Assembly: GCF_006345805.1 (NCBI RefSeq)
Contig: NC_043002.1
Location: 63,178,001 to 63,242,000 of the forward strand
Source of the DNA: Octopus sinensis
Taxonomy: Eukaryota
DNA: 64,000 nucleotides
Direction of reading: 5' to 3'
A program made the translations under genes and the position numbers. A model generated the notes under the pieces. It saw only the letters and a list, made by a program, of their open reading frames with translations, did no database searches and had not been told where the DNA came from. This document shows positions 1 to 15,643 of this stretch, one piece after another (positions within the stretch are counted from its first letter, which is position 1; each line of letters starts with the position of its first letter).

Positions 1-1532
1 GAAACAATGTTACTAAAGTTTTAATGCTAATACAGTAGTCCCACGATTATCGCATGTGTTACGCTCGAAAACCCCACCGTGATAGGGGAAAATTCGCGCA
101 GTAGAAACAGAACTGTACGGTATATATTTTTATTATTGCTTTTTTTTATTTTAATGCAAAAAACCCCAAAAAAACACGGATAAATTGACGTAAGCTTAAA
201 TAATAAAGTGCGAGAGATGAACCGTGATACAGCGAGGGATTATTGTATATTATCAAAGGCGGGGAGCTGGCAGCATTGTTACGGAGCCGGGAAAAATGTT
301 TAGCGTCATCTCGTCTCTCTTCATGTTCTGAGTTCAAATTCCTCCGTCGTCAACTTTGCTTTTTGTCCTTTCGCGGTCCATAAAATTAATACGAGTTGAA
401 CACAGGGGCCAATGTGATCTATCTCCTTCCTCAAAATTGCTTCCCTTGTGCCAAAATTCGAAACAATAATAAATATGTTAATAAAACTGAAAAGCTGCCA
501 GAATCATTAACATGCCAAGAAAAATGCTAAGCGGCATTTTGTCGGTGTCCACATTCTGTGTTCGAATTCCGCAGAGGTCGACTAAACTATTAGCCCTTTC
601 ATGGTCTATAAAATAAGTACTAGTTGAGCACAGCGATCACTGTAAATGACTTACATTCTCCCTTGAAATTGCTGGACTTGAAATTAAATTAGAAACGTTT
701 GTTGATAGAAGTAAGCAATTACATACAGTCCTGTACTCGAGAGAAGCTTGCTTGCACACACTGAAATCGATACTACATCCTTTATGAATATCTATATATT
801 TGCATAAAGGCATTGACATATTTAAAGAGAAATATACTTCGTCGCATGAATCTACCACCAAAAAAGAAACAAAAGAAAATTGATTAACTATGTCATCCGT
901 CTTCTTCCCTAACAACGAAAATATAAAATTCGATCTACCAACAAAGCAAGATATCAAATACACTGAGTAGAAAATGCTATATGATATATGACAGCCATTA
1001 CAGTTACCATTTCTGATGTTGGTATTGGTCTTGTCATAATTAAGGTGGCGCACATATTTTAGATAAATTTAAGCAAAGAAACAATCCATAAAAAAAAGAT
1101 TTGCACACTGTACAGATCTATATCAATATTAATTTCTCGTGTAGGCACAAAGCCTGAAATTTTGAGGGAGGGGCTAGCCGAATAGATCGACTTTAGGACG
1201 CAACAGGTACTTAATTTATTGACCTGAAAGGATGGGAGGCAAAGTCTACTTCGGCGGAATTTGAACGCAGAACGTAAAGACAGACCAAATACCGCAAAGC
1301 ATTTCGCCCAGCGTGCTAACATTTCTGCTAGCTCGCCGCCTTACAGTTACATCAATATTCCAACATAGATGCATACATAAAATTATATGTAGACACACAC
1401 ACATTGCATCCACCAAATTTACTTACAAGTCTTTAATCGGCTCGAGGCTATAGCTAGAGCTACAAAACAGTGGTCTCTGAACCTGGAACCACAAATGGAA
1501 ATCAAAGTTATTATCACATAGGTACGCCTGCG

Positions 1533-1567
<35 letters not shown>

Positions 1568-1569
1568 CT

Positions 1570-2034
1570 AACATAATATGGCTGCTCCGAAAGGGTCGAT
1601 ATTACTGTTGTTTTAACCCGAGGACACATCACTTCTAGCTGGCTGTACGACAAATATATGTGCCCTTACACTTTCGAACAGGGAGCTCAGTATGTCCATT
1701 CACCGATCGCACATATAGTTTTCAAAGTGACACACAGTCCCTGATCAAAAAATCGAAATACTATTATTTCTAGATCTCTCAAAGAGAGACATTGAAACTA
1801 AAGGCTATTTGCCAGCATTATGTGGCTGTCGCCAAAGCAGCTACTCTTTGTTGATAAAGTGCAATAACCCAGAATTTAATCCACAGATGTTGCTTTGCGC
1901 TTGATGGGAATGCTGATCTCCCTGTTCAAAAATATACAGACACAGGTAGTTGGTTGTATAGCCAGCTAGAAACAAAGTTTCTTGGGGTAAAACAACAGTA
2001 ACATCGTCCCTTTCGGGACAGCCACATTATATTG
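1570..2034. repeat. MITE-like or fold-back element with ~85 bp degenerate terminal inverted repeats
   Basis: 1570-1652 aligns to the reverse complement of 1951-2034; (TA)n lies on the left. Confidence 0.6.
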
Positions 2035-2059
2035 GTAAATAGCTCATCACTAGCTAGTA

Positions 2060-2222
2060 AACCTTTTTCTATTTTCTCTCCCTGTTTAATTCTCTGTTCC
2101 GTTCTGTCGAAGAGCGTAGGCTCGAAACGTAAAAGATTTTCTCACTTGCCGAGCGCTAAACTAATACATCTGTTTGTTGTTTACACACCCGTCTTCGTCT
2201 TTTCTTTTGTAAATTCTCACTA
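2060..2222 (+). mobile_element. pLTR-like repeat with minimal non-canonical HHR motif (family f)
   Basis: CTGTCGA-A-GAGC-GTAG-GCTC-GAAAC-GTA-AAAG at 2104-2135; homologous to 33850-34010 (minus); ends in (TA)n. Confidence 0.55.
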
Positions 2223-2223
2223 T

Positions 2224-2287
<64 letters not shown>

Positions 2288-2310
2288 TATATATATTATA
2301 TATATATATG

Positions 2311-2361
<51 letters not shown>

Positions 2362-5349
2362 CGTATCCATTCACATATATTTAATATATAAATATATCTT
2401 TTATTTGTTCCACTCATTAGACTGTGGCCGTGCTGGGGCAACGCCTCGAATGATTTTTTATCGAATGAATCAAAACCAGTATTTATTTTTTACGGTCTAG
2501 TACATATTCTATTGTTTTATTTTGCCGAACTGCTAAGTTACGTGAACTTAAGCACACCAACGCCGGTTGGCAAACCGGTAGTGTGTGTGTGTGTGTGGGG
2601 GGGGGGGTTAACACAGACACAAAGACACGCGCACATAGATATATACATGTATATATATATACGACGGGCTTCTAGTTTACGTCCACGAAACCCACAGAAA
2701 TGTTTGGTCGACCGAACGGTACAGTTGAAGATAACTGCCCAAGGTGCCACATAGTGGGACGTAATCCTGAACCATGTTGTTGGGAGACAATCTTATTATA
2801 AAACAATGCGCCTGCCCCTAGAGAAATATGTTTCAGTCATGTTTTATTTGCTTGCCAATTAAATAACTCCTGGCCCTCTCTCATTCCAAGTGATCATCCT
2901 TTTTTCATTTTGTTTGTAAAATCGTACCAATACTCATCTGGATATTAATCTTTTTTTTTACCCCGCATGTTTTCTCATTATCTTCATTTTTATTTACACT
3001 TTCTCACTACCTTTTCTTCTAACTCATTACCCTCCACATGCTTGCTAACAGGTAACTTCTGCCTACCCTCACTTTCTCTTCTTTAAACGTGATGCAATTC
3101 AAGTACCCTTCCTTTATCTTGCACTCAACCACCTCGCTTTCGCTCAGTTTTCTATAATCGCATAGAAATTCCTTCCAGACCATTAAGTTCCTACATCCGT
3201 CATCATTAGAATAAACCCTTCATTTCCTCATTTCACATTCTTGTATTCGATATAACAATTCCAGTATTTTTGTTGAGGATAAACAACGCCACTTTCTTCA
3301 AACTTACAGTTTTACTCTTTTAACTCTGAAGTTTTATACATTTCCACTACAGCTGGGTTTAATTACAAGTGCATAAGTTACATCTTTTAGCGTCATTTCT
3401 TCATTTCTTTCTTGAATTAATGTTCTGAGTTCATACCCTCCTAATTTCAGCATTGTCTTTCATCCTATTGGGGTCGATGTTATTAAGCATATGACCAGAA
3501 CTGGGAACAATGTAATCAACTCTCCTGCCATTGATATTACTAACTTTGTGACAAATATTGAAACAAGTGTATTTTATGATTTACTGTGTTTTACTGGCGA
3601 TATCCACGATTAAATTATCGCAGTCGATAGAAGAGAACCTCACGCATATTACGAACTATTTGTTGTTCTTTTTTTTAGCATCGTACAAACATACAAACTG
3701 ATATGTTAATAACAGTGAACTTTTTAATAGTATTCTCTGTTTCTCAAGAGTTGTAAAACATGTAAATCAAACTGAAATGAAATAATAAAGGAAATAATTA
3801 AATGGTATGAATCATTGATGAAACAGATATAAGAAATAAACTCGCTTGTTATATTTAATTTGAACCTAATAAAACGTAATGAAATACTTGAAATTAAAGC
3901 CCTTGCACTACAAAACAAGATTATGTCAAGAGTAAGAATGATAGAAACCACAATAGTGGAGGCGCAATTTCTATCACTCTTTCATCTTACTTCTTCCACT
4001 AAGCAGAGGAACCATGGTGTAACCCACTATGGTGGGGTAAACTTTTAGACCCTAGTCTAGATTGCTAATTCTCTCTGTACCCCAGGATGGTTCAGCTCTC
4101 CACCCGTTAAAAGCCACCGTTTACGGAATAAGGATAACAACGTAGCTTTCGACCCGTACAACCACCAGGCTATCACGTGTGGTGGGTGGATCTTCAAGTT
4201 GCCACACGCATTCTTAGTAGCTTAGAGTAGGCTCGAATTAGAGATTATTCTTTGTGGTTAATGGCGTGAGTCCTGATTGGAAGAAGAAGAAGAAACAACA
4301 ACAATTATCTGATGAAATCGAGAGATCGACATCTAAGTAATCAAAAGAGTTTGTTCCAACAGCCCTATCATAGTGCACTGTCTTCGTTTCATTATAAATA
4401 GGGAAAAAAATTCAAGATTTTGTTACTTTGCTCTACGCTTTCGAAATACAAAATTGAATGATAATTTAATAGAAGTTTTAGTTAAAATCCCATTAAAGAG
4501 GAGTTTTTATAAACGAATCATGGACGGTCTGTGGTACCAGGAACTGTTCAGCTTTACATTATTGCCATATCCTTACAGCTGCATATTGTTGGTAATAATT
4601 ACATGGATTGGTAGGGAACTTGAAGATTTTCACTTAAATGCAAATTCTCCACCTGCTTCTTTAATATATAAAAAAAAACAAAAAAATTCATTGATTATAA
4701 TTTTATGGTTAATGAAAATATATCAGCGCTGACATTACTATTTCGATGGGTATATTACCTTAATTTTTCTACCGAAGTTACTTAAAAACCAATTATCGGT
4801 ATCTACGCACAGATTGTTCTTTGTCCTATGGGGAAATATGTTTTTACTTTATTTAATCATTCCAAAGCGTTTTGTAGTTAAATGTGCCATATGTTCCCAC
4901 TTTTTTCCATTTGAAGATTATATTAACTTTTTACTATGAGACGTTGCAAACATCTTGAAATTTAAAAAATAAAACTACGATAGCTTGAAGAATAAAAGTT
5001 ATCACCTAAGATTACGTTTGTTGATACAGATTTTTGTTCAAAGGTTGTATGCTAGTTTGAGAATTTGTAATATCTCTACACAATCTTCACGAGACTATCC
5101 TAAATTTTACCTGTTTCCCTATTTAGGTGACTGACAACATATTCCAGAAACTAATAAACGAAGGAATCGGTCTAATGAACTATCTTGCTAGGTACCTAAC
5201 TAACTAACTAACTTACTAACGAGGAAGAGAACTGCAAATCAATCCAACTTGCTAATTAGCTAATTAGTTCTACTTTCTTCAAAATTTCTCTCCCGCTTCT
5301 TCTCTTGTTTCCTCTCTCGCTATATTTATCTGCCTGTCTGTCTGTGTCT

Positions 5350-5433
<84 letters not shown>

Positions 5434-6218
5434 ATACATCTCTCTCTTTCTTTCTCTCACTCACTCTCTTCTGCATTCCTTCTTTCATTTCTTTATAAAT
5501 TTCTTAATCTCATTTCACTCTCTGTATGCCTCTCTCCCCCGCTCCCTTTCTCTTCTCGTCTGTCAGATTCTTTCTCAATTGTACGTATTCAGCAACAACC
5601 AACAGGTATCTCTATTCAAATATACATTACCATACTGATATACTTAGAGAGAAATATAGCTATTATCGACTGAAGGATACATACAAGAATACACATATAA
5701 AACATGCATAAATGCACGTTATAACACAATAATTCTTGAACACAAAGCGTGTGTCTCTATATACCTTTATGTCACATTGCCCACCTGTATTGTATTTCAT
5801 CTCATTCATTACACAAGCAAACACACAAGAACGCTCTAACCCAAAAACTCAAACGCTCACACGAAAATGAATAAAGTCTTATGCATTCGAAATATACTAT
5901 TACACAAATATGTAATGATACAGTGTAACAAATATTACAATATATATTTAAGTACGCGACTATAAAAATCATGCATACGTTCATACACGGATGGAGAAAG
6001 GGATATTACACCTAAGACTATAAACTCACCCACATGCTCAGAATGAAGAAGCAGATTCGCATGCACATGCAGAAATACAATCGTAAGAAGTACAAACTAT
6101 GAACATTATATATATATATATTATATATATATATATATATACTTACACACACATAAATACATATATATATATATACATATACATATATATACACATACAT
6201 ATGTATATACAGATACAC

Positions 6219-6252
<34 letters not shown>

Positions 6253-7149
6253 GCATATATATATAGATACATCCATGCGCATAATTATACACAGACAATT
6301 ACAACAAGTGAAAGCATTGTAATTATGCGTTTCTATATGATTGACTACCCTCAGGCATATATTTAGATTATACACCCACACACACACGCACACATATATC
6401 AAATAGATGTTGGTGTGATGTGTAACGTACAAAGAAATTCTTAATGAACTGAATTGTGCCTAACTTTGGCGAATTAGCGACCCACAAAGAACGGAGATGA
6501 TAGTTTGTAGAAATTTTAAATTATTTAGCAATAATTAATTTAATATATATATATATTTATCTATATATATAAGATATATATAATATATATATATAGATAT
6601 ATATATAATTATATATTATATATATATATATATCATACTCTTGTGAAGACTAGTCTGTTTCCGCAGGGACGATATCTGCATATGACATATTTTAGTCTTA
6701 TTAGAACTCTCACACAGATATTCTGACAACCATGTTAATTAAAATTCAGTTTACGAAATATTTTTGCTCTGCTATGATACACTTGGTTAGTATTTGTACC
6801 GGATCATATACCGTGAATTTGAACTCCTTACGATAACTAGTGAGAAAATAACCCTGCCGAAGTGATAGAAAATTACATCTTCAACAGTGTTTAAAATTTA
6901 GTATTGAAAAAGATGAAGCTAATGTGGTCCAAAATCCTGAAAGCTTTGCCCATAGCTTTCTCAAACTCAGCAAACTGTATCGCCTCAGTCAAAGTATTTT
7001 TAAAGTTAAATGCAAAGACCTCGAAATAAAGGTCTCAAAAAATGTGGCTGTGATCAGCTTTCTCTTGCGGAATGTTGTAAAATAATGCTCTTAAATTCGT
7101 TGATCAAATACCAAAAAAAGTACATCTGATAAAACAAAGAGCTCTTATG

Positions 7150-7475
7150 TTAACACATCACACCCTGAGATGGTTACCCTCCCCGCCATATTCACCAGAT
7201 ATTACTCCTTCGGATTTCCACTTATTCAGGTCTCTGCAGAATAGTCTTAATGGTAACAATTTCAATTCCTTGGATGACGTAGAATGATACCATGATGAAT
7301 CGTTTGCTATGAAACCAACTCATTTCTGGGAAAAGAAGAGGGTAATTTCAAGTTAAAGGAAAGATGGAGACGCATTGTGCAACAAAATGGTTCATATTTG
7401 GTTGTAATGGCAAGTATTCATTGACCTTTTTCTGTTCTTTGAAAATCGGTATGAACTTTCCGGACACCCCATTAC
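7150..7475 (+). mobile_element. Mariner transposase 3' remnant with right TIR
   Basis: PPYSPDITPSDFHLFRSLQNSLNG..RWRRIVQQNGSY; TIR-like AACTTTCCGGACACCCCATTA at ~7452-7473. Confidence 0.8.
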
Positions 7476-7787
7476 TTTAGTAGTATTTGCTTTCGCTATA
7501 GTAAACGCCATAATCAGTACAAATTGCCACACGCTGACTATGTCACCCAACATAAACACTGTGTTCAACAATAAGAGAAATAATAGACAACATTAAGTGG
7601 TTTCGTTGAAGTGGTTTCATGTCCATCTAGACAAAGCAGCATGTAAACGCCATCTACCATTTAATTCAAGAAGACGATAATGTAGCGATAGCTTCATTTC
7701 GTCTCAAGGATAAAGAGGCGCATCTTTTCGGGAACGGTAGACAATGACCTGTGTTCTTGTAAAGGTTAATAATGATTATTCTAACAG

Positions 7788-7864
7788 CGCCAGCTCCATC
7801 ATGATGGCGACGAAGGCGATGATAGCATTCGCTTAGATAGACAAAGAACAACCATAATTCCCCC
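7788..7864 (+). CDS. Candidate small internal exon (RQLHHDGDEGDDSIRLDRQRTTIIP)
   Basis: ttattctaacag| acceptor, |gtaagt donor, single open frame, GC-richer than flanks. Confidence 0.3.
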
Positions 7865-8100
7865 GTAAGTAACATAAAGTATATTACAGTTCACATGAAC
7901 AGGAAGTTGAGTTTGGCCAGAATTCAACAGGATTATAAGAAAATATATAGATAGAAGATTCGAAATTTGTGTATATATATATATATATCAAAATGGTCAT
8001 GAGCGGCGTATATATAAAAGCGTGTTTTCGAACCGTTTCTAAACACACACAGTATAACATACACACACACACACACACACCACACACATAATATATATAT

Positions 8101-8184
<84 letters not shown>

Positions 8185-8950
8185 CATATATGTATATATA
8201 TATATATATATAAATGATTATATGATTATGGTACTGGATTATTATGGTTGCACAGTTTCTGTGGTTGACGATAAGTTGTCAATACTTAAAAGTTTATCTG
8301 CGTTTGCATCTGTATGAATGCCTTTCAAGCGCATGTATACCGTTCTATATCTAATATGAAAAGCGAGTTGAGGATTTACGTGTATTTGTGTATGAGGAAA
8401 AACTATATTTGTATACTATGTGCCATAACCATGTACGTGATTGCCAAATAGGAAAATATCAGGGTTGGAAATGTCAATACGTGTATGAGCGATGTTACTG
8501 TGTTGATGTGTAGCCTACACATACATTTAATCACAACAAAGCGTATACATACAATGACGACACAAACACAAACCTCTGAACATATGCGTATGTGTGCATG
8601 CATGTATAAAAACATACGTCTATGTATGTGTGCACGCGTGTCGTGTTTTTATAACAATGGACGTGCATATAAATAACTACGTAACGATTTATATACATCG
8701 ACAAGTATACTTCAATGTATGCCACCATATTTCCTTAGATGCTTATATTTATATACTTATATAGAAATACACATACGCACATTTCTACTCTCTCTCTCTC
8801 TCTCTCACTCTCAGACACACATAGAGGCGCGCGCACACACACACACACACGCATACATGTATATATACGCATATGTGCATGTATATTTTAATTTACATAT
8901 GTATCATGTATGTATGTATACATGTATTTCTTATCTGCATATGTACCATC

Positions 8951-8982
<32 letters not shown>

Positions 8983-9045
8983 GCATAAATATATACATAT
9001 ATATACATTTATATGTTTCTGGGTGTATATATATACATACATATA

Positions 9046-9100
<55 letters not shown>

Positions 9101-10233
9101 TAGTTCTCTATATGTATATGACAACATAGAGAGATGTGTAATCTCCAGGTCCTTCCCAACATGTCAACCAGTCAAGAAAGCCATCACTATGAAATTTCTA
9201 GAAAACGTAATCTTAGTAGAGATCATTTAGTGTGACAAGATACACATGGCATCCAATAATGGAACTGAAGCACAATAAATGTCACATATGTCTCCAGAAC
9301 AGTCTTCAGAAATTCGAAGTCATTTCAGTATAACGCAACGTCCATTGTAATTGAAAATGTATTCACAGACACAAACATATATTCATTTATACATACGATA
9401 GATTTTCCTACATGTTATATGATTTTCCGATATGTTATATATGAGAGGTTTTTTCAAACATCTATTGGATAATATGTCCCTCCAAGGCTTAGCACTAAAT
9501 GCTAAATAATGGGGATAATACCAGTAAGTTGACTGAAATTGTACGATTTAATTGTGCACAATGAAATCGATAAGAACTACAAGATCAATTTCTGATAACA
9601 TAGCTAAAATATTTGCGCAGCAATTTATTTGTTGTTTGGAAATGATGAAAAAATGGTAGAAACTCGGCCGCAAAGTAAAGTTCTAGAATGAAAAGTCATA
9701 CAATCCCTCTACTAAAATTAAAGCCTTTTGTAAAATACAGAGTGAGGAACTAGATAACTGAACCAGAATCACAGAAGGCGAGAAGAGAGACCAATTCATT
9801 ACTCATGCTACGACAATTACATCGTGCGTATATGCAATTTGAGAAATGGTAAGATATTATAGGGTATGATATGATATATTCATACATGTAGAATGAGTTC
9901 GCTAATCCTGATATATATTCATACATATATACATAGAAACATGTGTCTGTCTGTCTGTCTGTATGTGCGTATGTATGTATGTATTCTTTTCCTTTTCTTT
10001 CTTTTATTTGTTTCAGTCAGTTGACAGTGGCCATGCTGGGGCACTGCCTTTAGTCGATCAAATCGACCCCAGGACTTATTCTTTGTAAGCAAAGTACTTA
10101 TTCTCTCGGTCTGTCTTGCTGGACCGCTAAATAACGGGAAAGTAAACACACCAGCATCGGTTGTTAAGCGAGGTTGGGGGGACAAACACAGAGACAGAAA
10201 TATACATACACGCACGTATATATATATATAATA

Positions 10234-10266
<33 letters not shown>

Positions 10267-10342
10267 AGGTTCCGGGGAGTCGGGGTAAACCACAGTAAAT
10301 AAGGTACTCAATACATAGCAGAGTAATTAATTTATTATATAG

Positions 10343-10395
10343 GAGCTTCTACAGGACTAGAACTGTTTCATTCAAAAGAAATCATCAGGAAGCTC
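10343..10395 (-). ncRNA. Type I hammerhead ribozyme (family a)
   Basis: Minus strand reads GAGCTTC-CTGATGA-T.TTC-TTTT-GAA.T-GAAA-CAG-TTCTAGTC-CTG-TA^GAAGCTC. Stem I is 7 bp, the core is intact, stem III is 4 bp, and the cleavage triplet is GUA. Position 10.1/11.1 is U.U rather than G-C. Confidence 0.8.
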
Positions 10396-10641
10396 ATGAT
10401 GATTTCTTTGAATGAAACAGTTCTAGTCTGTAGAAGCTCCTCTCTATATATATTCGACCGGATCGTGATCTGTCCTTACCTCGGAAACACGCATGAGTCG
10501 AACCAGGACAGGATGAAGGGGAATATTCCTTGTATTGTTGTCTTGTACTCTGTTTTTTCGTTGTTAAAAGAAGTCCGTTTCCTAGTTTGTTTTCATGTTT
10601 TCGTTTCTCGTTGTGTTCTACGTTATTGGTGGTGTCCTGTA

Positions 10642-10672
<31 letters not shown>

Positions 10673-10764
10673 CTATATAATATATTATATATATGAAGTA
10701 TATATACATATATGTAAGTACGCACATATTGTATGTATGTATGCATATATTTTATTTATTAAAT

Positions 10765-10800
<36 letters not shown>

Positions 10801-11189
10801 TATTATATATATATATATATATACAACGGGCGTCTTTCAGTTTCGGTCTACTAAATCTACTAACAAGTCTTTGGTCGGCCCGAGGGTATAGTAAAAGACA
10901 CATGACCAAGATGCCACAGAGTGGGACTGAAGCCGGAACTATGTGGTTGGTAAGGAAGCTGCTTACCACACAGCCACTCCTATGTATGTATCAACATATG
11001 TATCTATTATTTAAAATAGGTTTCAGTTCCATGCAGTTTAAAGTTTCCTAGGCTTCTTACGGGTTTAGAACTGCTGAATCAGATCAATCAATCAATCAAC
11101 CAATCAGTCTCTCTCACTCGCTCACTCATTCTTTCTTTCTTTCTTTCTTTCTTTTTCTCTCTCTCTGTATATATATATATATATACCAC

Positions 11190-11480
11190 GTGATCACGTG
11201 ATATCACGTGACCGACCAGACCATCAGATGTTGTTACACATCGCTGATCACAATGCATTCGCATTGTTTTAGCCTTCGAATGACGCCATCCCGCTGGCTA
11301 AGCGAGTAGGCCAACAGAAGAAAGAGTGGGAGAAAGAGTGGTGAAAGAGTACAGCAGGGATCACCACCCCCTGCCGGAGCCTAGTGGAGGTTTTTAGGTG
11401 TTTTCGTTCAATAAACACTCGAAACCGCGATCCTGCGACCGCGAGTCCGCTGCCCTAACCACTAGGCCATTGCGCCTCCA
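11190..11480 (-). mobile_element. SINE family C (tRNA-derived head); 3' fragment also at 37878-38058
   Basis: Minus strand reads TGGAGGCGCAATGGCCTAGTGGTTAGGGCAGCGGACTCGCGGTCGCAGGATCGCGGTTTCGA (A and B boxes); 3' end ..GGTCGGTCACGTGA. Confidence 0.8.
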
Positions 11481-12999
11481 TATATATATATATATATATA
11501 TAATATATATATATATATGTGTGTTGTGTGTATACATATATATATGTATACACCACACATACGCAGATACATACATGAGTGAGCGTGTAAACATGTCTCT
11601 ATATTTGTGAAGAGCCAAGGTGTTCAGTAACACTGTTCACTCTATTTTCTATGAAGAGATTTCTCTAAAACCATATCCTATAATCACAAACAGACATTCA
11701 CAAAAAAAAAACAAAATGAAGACGAAAAGAAAAAATGGGAAACAAACAATTCTATATTATATTCCCAAAGAATTTTAAAACATTTTTTGTTTACAAATGA
11801 AATGATATGACCACAAGTCTAATGTAACTAGAAACATTACAGATGGTAAATTTTACTGCATGCGAAAAACATAAACTGTAATTTAACCAAATTTGAGTCG
11901 TGTGATACTTATTGTTTGTTTAGAATCCAAATTATACACGAAAGATGATGTAGTGGATTATAAATGGCTGTTTTCTGATTTAGACCAGGGTCTATAATTT
12001 TGATGAGTTGATACGAGTGGAAACCATTGATCCAAATGTTTGACTGCTACTTCTTTTCATTAAACTTGGAAAGAGAAGATATAAAGCTCAGCACGCCCGG
12101 TGTTGCATTTTGAATCATAAAATTCGTAACAAATAATGCACGGCAACTTTCCGAATCTCTAACTATTCTGCAAGTCTAAGATCCCTAGAACTCGCTTAAC
12201 TGTGTTATTTCATATGAGGAAAATGACAGAGGTTTAAAGGGGGCGTTCAGTCGATACTATCGACTCAACAACTCAACAGTTAGATTTATTTATAAAGCTC
12301 GATGGCAAGAAAATACACGGTTGATATCGGCACGATTCGTAACCAGTTCATAAACATCTGGAGTAGATAAATACTGCAGAGCATCTATTTTACGACTCTC
12401 AACTGTTTTTGACAATCTGTCAATCTATTAAATAGCAGATTTATCCAGGTTGTCAGCACAAAGACATTCGTACAAATTGACATTACAGTTAGATACGTTT
12501 GAGATTCTACACAAGAATAAACTATGAATAAATGCCAAAAACCTCCGTGCAGATATATCATATGTAATCTTACTCCGATGAAATATGAAACGGAGTAGAA
12601 CAAGTCACATTTATTTTTTTATTTACCATTGCTAGATAAAGCTTGAGCTCTGTCTATGTTATTTTGCCCTTAAATCAATAATAAATTCTGTATTGGTTAA
12701 GTGGTACGTATTACATTTGAATTTACAAAAGTGCAAGTTTATCACATACGAGTATAAGCTAATATAACTAGATGAATATATACAAAATAGCACGATAGTA
12801 TATTGTTAATAGCTCTATTGGACACATTGCAGACTTCGAAACGTCAAAGCGGGTATGAATGCTTTACGTTCATCCTGTATGAGTTTGAAAGATTCAGTTT
12901 TCAGATGGTCGAAGGATGTTGCCTGAAAACATAAACAATATGGCTTGAGAATTCAATGATCAAACATACACACACATACAGATGTACATAATACATACA

Positions 13000-13091
<92 letters not shown>

Positions 13092-13471
13092 GTATATATA
13101 TATATCTATATATATATATATATATATATATTTATCTATGTATGTAATCTTCATAATCTATATGTGTATATATGTATGTATATATATATATATATATATA
13201 CACATATGTATCTATATATAATATATATGTAGATATATATATATACATATGTATATATATATATATATACATTATATACATATGTATTTATATATATAAT
13301 ATATATACCATATACATACATACGTACATACACACACACACATATATATATATATTTATCTATGTATCTATGTATGTATCTATGTATCTATCTATCTATA
13401 TATCTATCTATCTATCCATCAATCTATCTATTTTACTATCTATCTATCTATCTATCTATCTCTCTTTCTCG

Positions 13472-13511
<40 letters not shown>

Positions 13512-14099
13512 ATATATATACGCACACACGTACACACGCACAGACACATGAACACACAAATACATATGTAGGCATACGTAATTATTTTAGCATCTTGGAA
13601 ACGTGTGCCCAAGGGTTTTATGATTAAGGAAAAACATGGAGTTATTGGAGAACAGAAACAGGCATGCGCATACGCATTCGCATCTCACTATCTCTGTTCC
13701 TATGTTTCGCCCGACTCTCCTTTTCCTTACATTTTGTATGTCTGTACGCTAGAATATGTTTCCCTATGTGGGTGTTTAGGTCTCGTGTTTGTTACTTTCA
13801 TTTCTTTTTAAATAAACAGCAGCAATCCCTACAGAGAAACCATTTGAAACCGTAAGCAGCTGCAACCCCTACGGAATTCCAAAGGAAAACATCTTTATGT
13901 AAGCCCTGAAGGGATAGAAATCATTCAGTTAGAGCGACAAGATAGCAAACATCACAAGAGATATATATGTATGTGTGTATACATACATACATACATACAT
14001 ACATTCACATATATGTTTAAACATGCATATAAATGTATATGTATATAGCCATGTATGTGTAAGTCTACATATATATATATATTTATATATGTTTGTATA

Positions 14100-14140
<41 letters not shown>

Positions 14141-15230
14141 CGAATATATATATATGCATGTATATCTATGTGTGTGAGTGTGTATAATTTATTTATTTAC
14201 AAATATATCCGTTATCGGAACATCTTGTAAGAATGTGTTATGTACATAAATTTCATATTAGCATAGCAGATAAATTACCTTTAATACTGGCCACAAGATA
14301 CATTAAGAGAAACACAAACTCATAGCGTAACACACTCCCATACACAAGCATACACACATGTACGCGTGAGCGGTCAAATACTCACACATATATACATACA
14401 TTTACAAATCATTCTGTCGGAATGTATTATTAAAACGCTATGTTTTGCGTCCTGTAATTTGTTTTTTCAATCTTGAATAATTATGGTTTAATTAAAATTG
14501 GAAATTGTGGATTCATTTTCCTTTTCATCTGTCTTTTACGATGTCTTGTTTTCTTATCTTAAACAGTTGTAACCATGGCTAAATATGAATCCACTTGATG
14601 AGGAATCATTTTAACGATTATTTATCGCTTTAACTTTTTCATTCTCATTATCCAGTTATTAATCTGCGGCCATACCGGAGTACAGCCTTGAAGAATTTTC
14701 AATCTAACTAATTATTACCGATGCTAGTTTTTTGAACGACTGATACTTATTTTAACAACGTCTTTGCCGAACCGCTAGCTCTCGTGAACATAAACGCAAC
14801 AACGGCAGTCAAGCAAAGGAGGGTAAACAAAGACACAAAGACACACACATACGTATATATATACATATATACGTAATAAATGTATATAAATATATATATA
14901 CATTATAGTTGAAAAATTTCGTTATTGGTATAAATATACCATAAACAAGTATATTTATACCTATAACGAAAAGTTTTCAACTATTATTTTCATATTCTTA
15001 TTACTTGCTCTGGCTGGTTTTTTTTTATTGAATACAATGAATTTTTATTAGAAATCATGCTTTCTCTCTTTTTGGACCTCTCAAAAAGTTTGAATTTTCT
15101 TTTTCAACCTATTTTTTCTCACATATATATGCATAAATCATACATACATATATATATTTATAAACCAACTTATATATATATATATATATAGATATATATA
15201 TATAATATATATATAATATATATTTAGATA

Positions 15231-15262
<32 letters not shown>

Positions 15263-15285
15263 GTATATATATACTTATATATATG

Positions 15286-15333
<48 letters not shown>

Positions 15334-15563
15334 TATATATATATATATATATAATATATGTATATATATATGTACATATATATAATAAATGTATGTATAT
15401 ATATATATAATGTGTATGTATATATATATGTATATATGTATGTATATATATGTGTGTGTATGTATATATATATGTATGCATGTATATATATATATATATA
15501 TGTATGTATATATATTTTTATGATATATATATATATGTGTATATATATATATTATATATATAT

Positions 15564-15643
<80 letters not shown>

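Noticed and set aside
637-1053. 138 aa minus-strand ORF
   Set aside because: No recognisable motif, partly overlaps a SINE fragment, and has no splice support.
4305-4345. CTGATGA-AATC-GAGA-GATC-GAC..GTA
   Set aside because: GAAA core missing and stem I weak.
10465-10530. Possible type II hammerhead (GAAAC..GTC..GATGA)
   Set aside because: C3-U4 absent and stem I does not pair in this copy.
11400-11480. tRNA gene
   Set aside because: The tRNA-like head continues into a SINE body present elsewhere (37878-38058) and lacks a proper acceptor stem and terminator.
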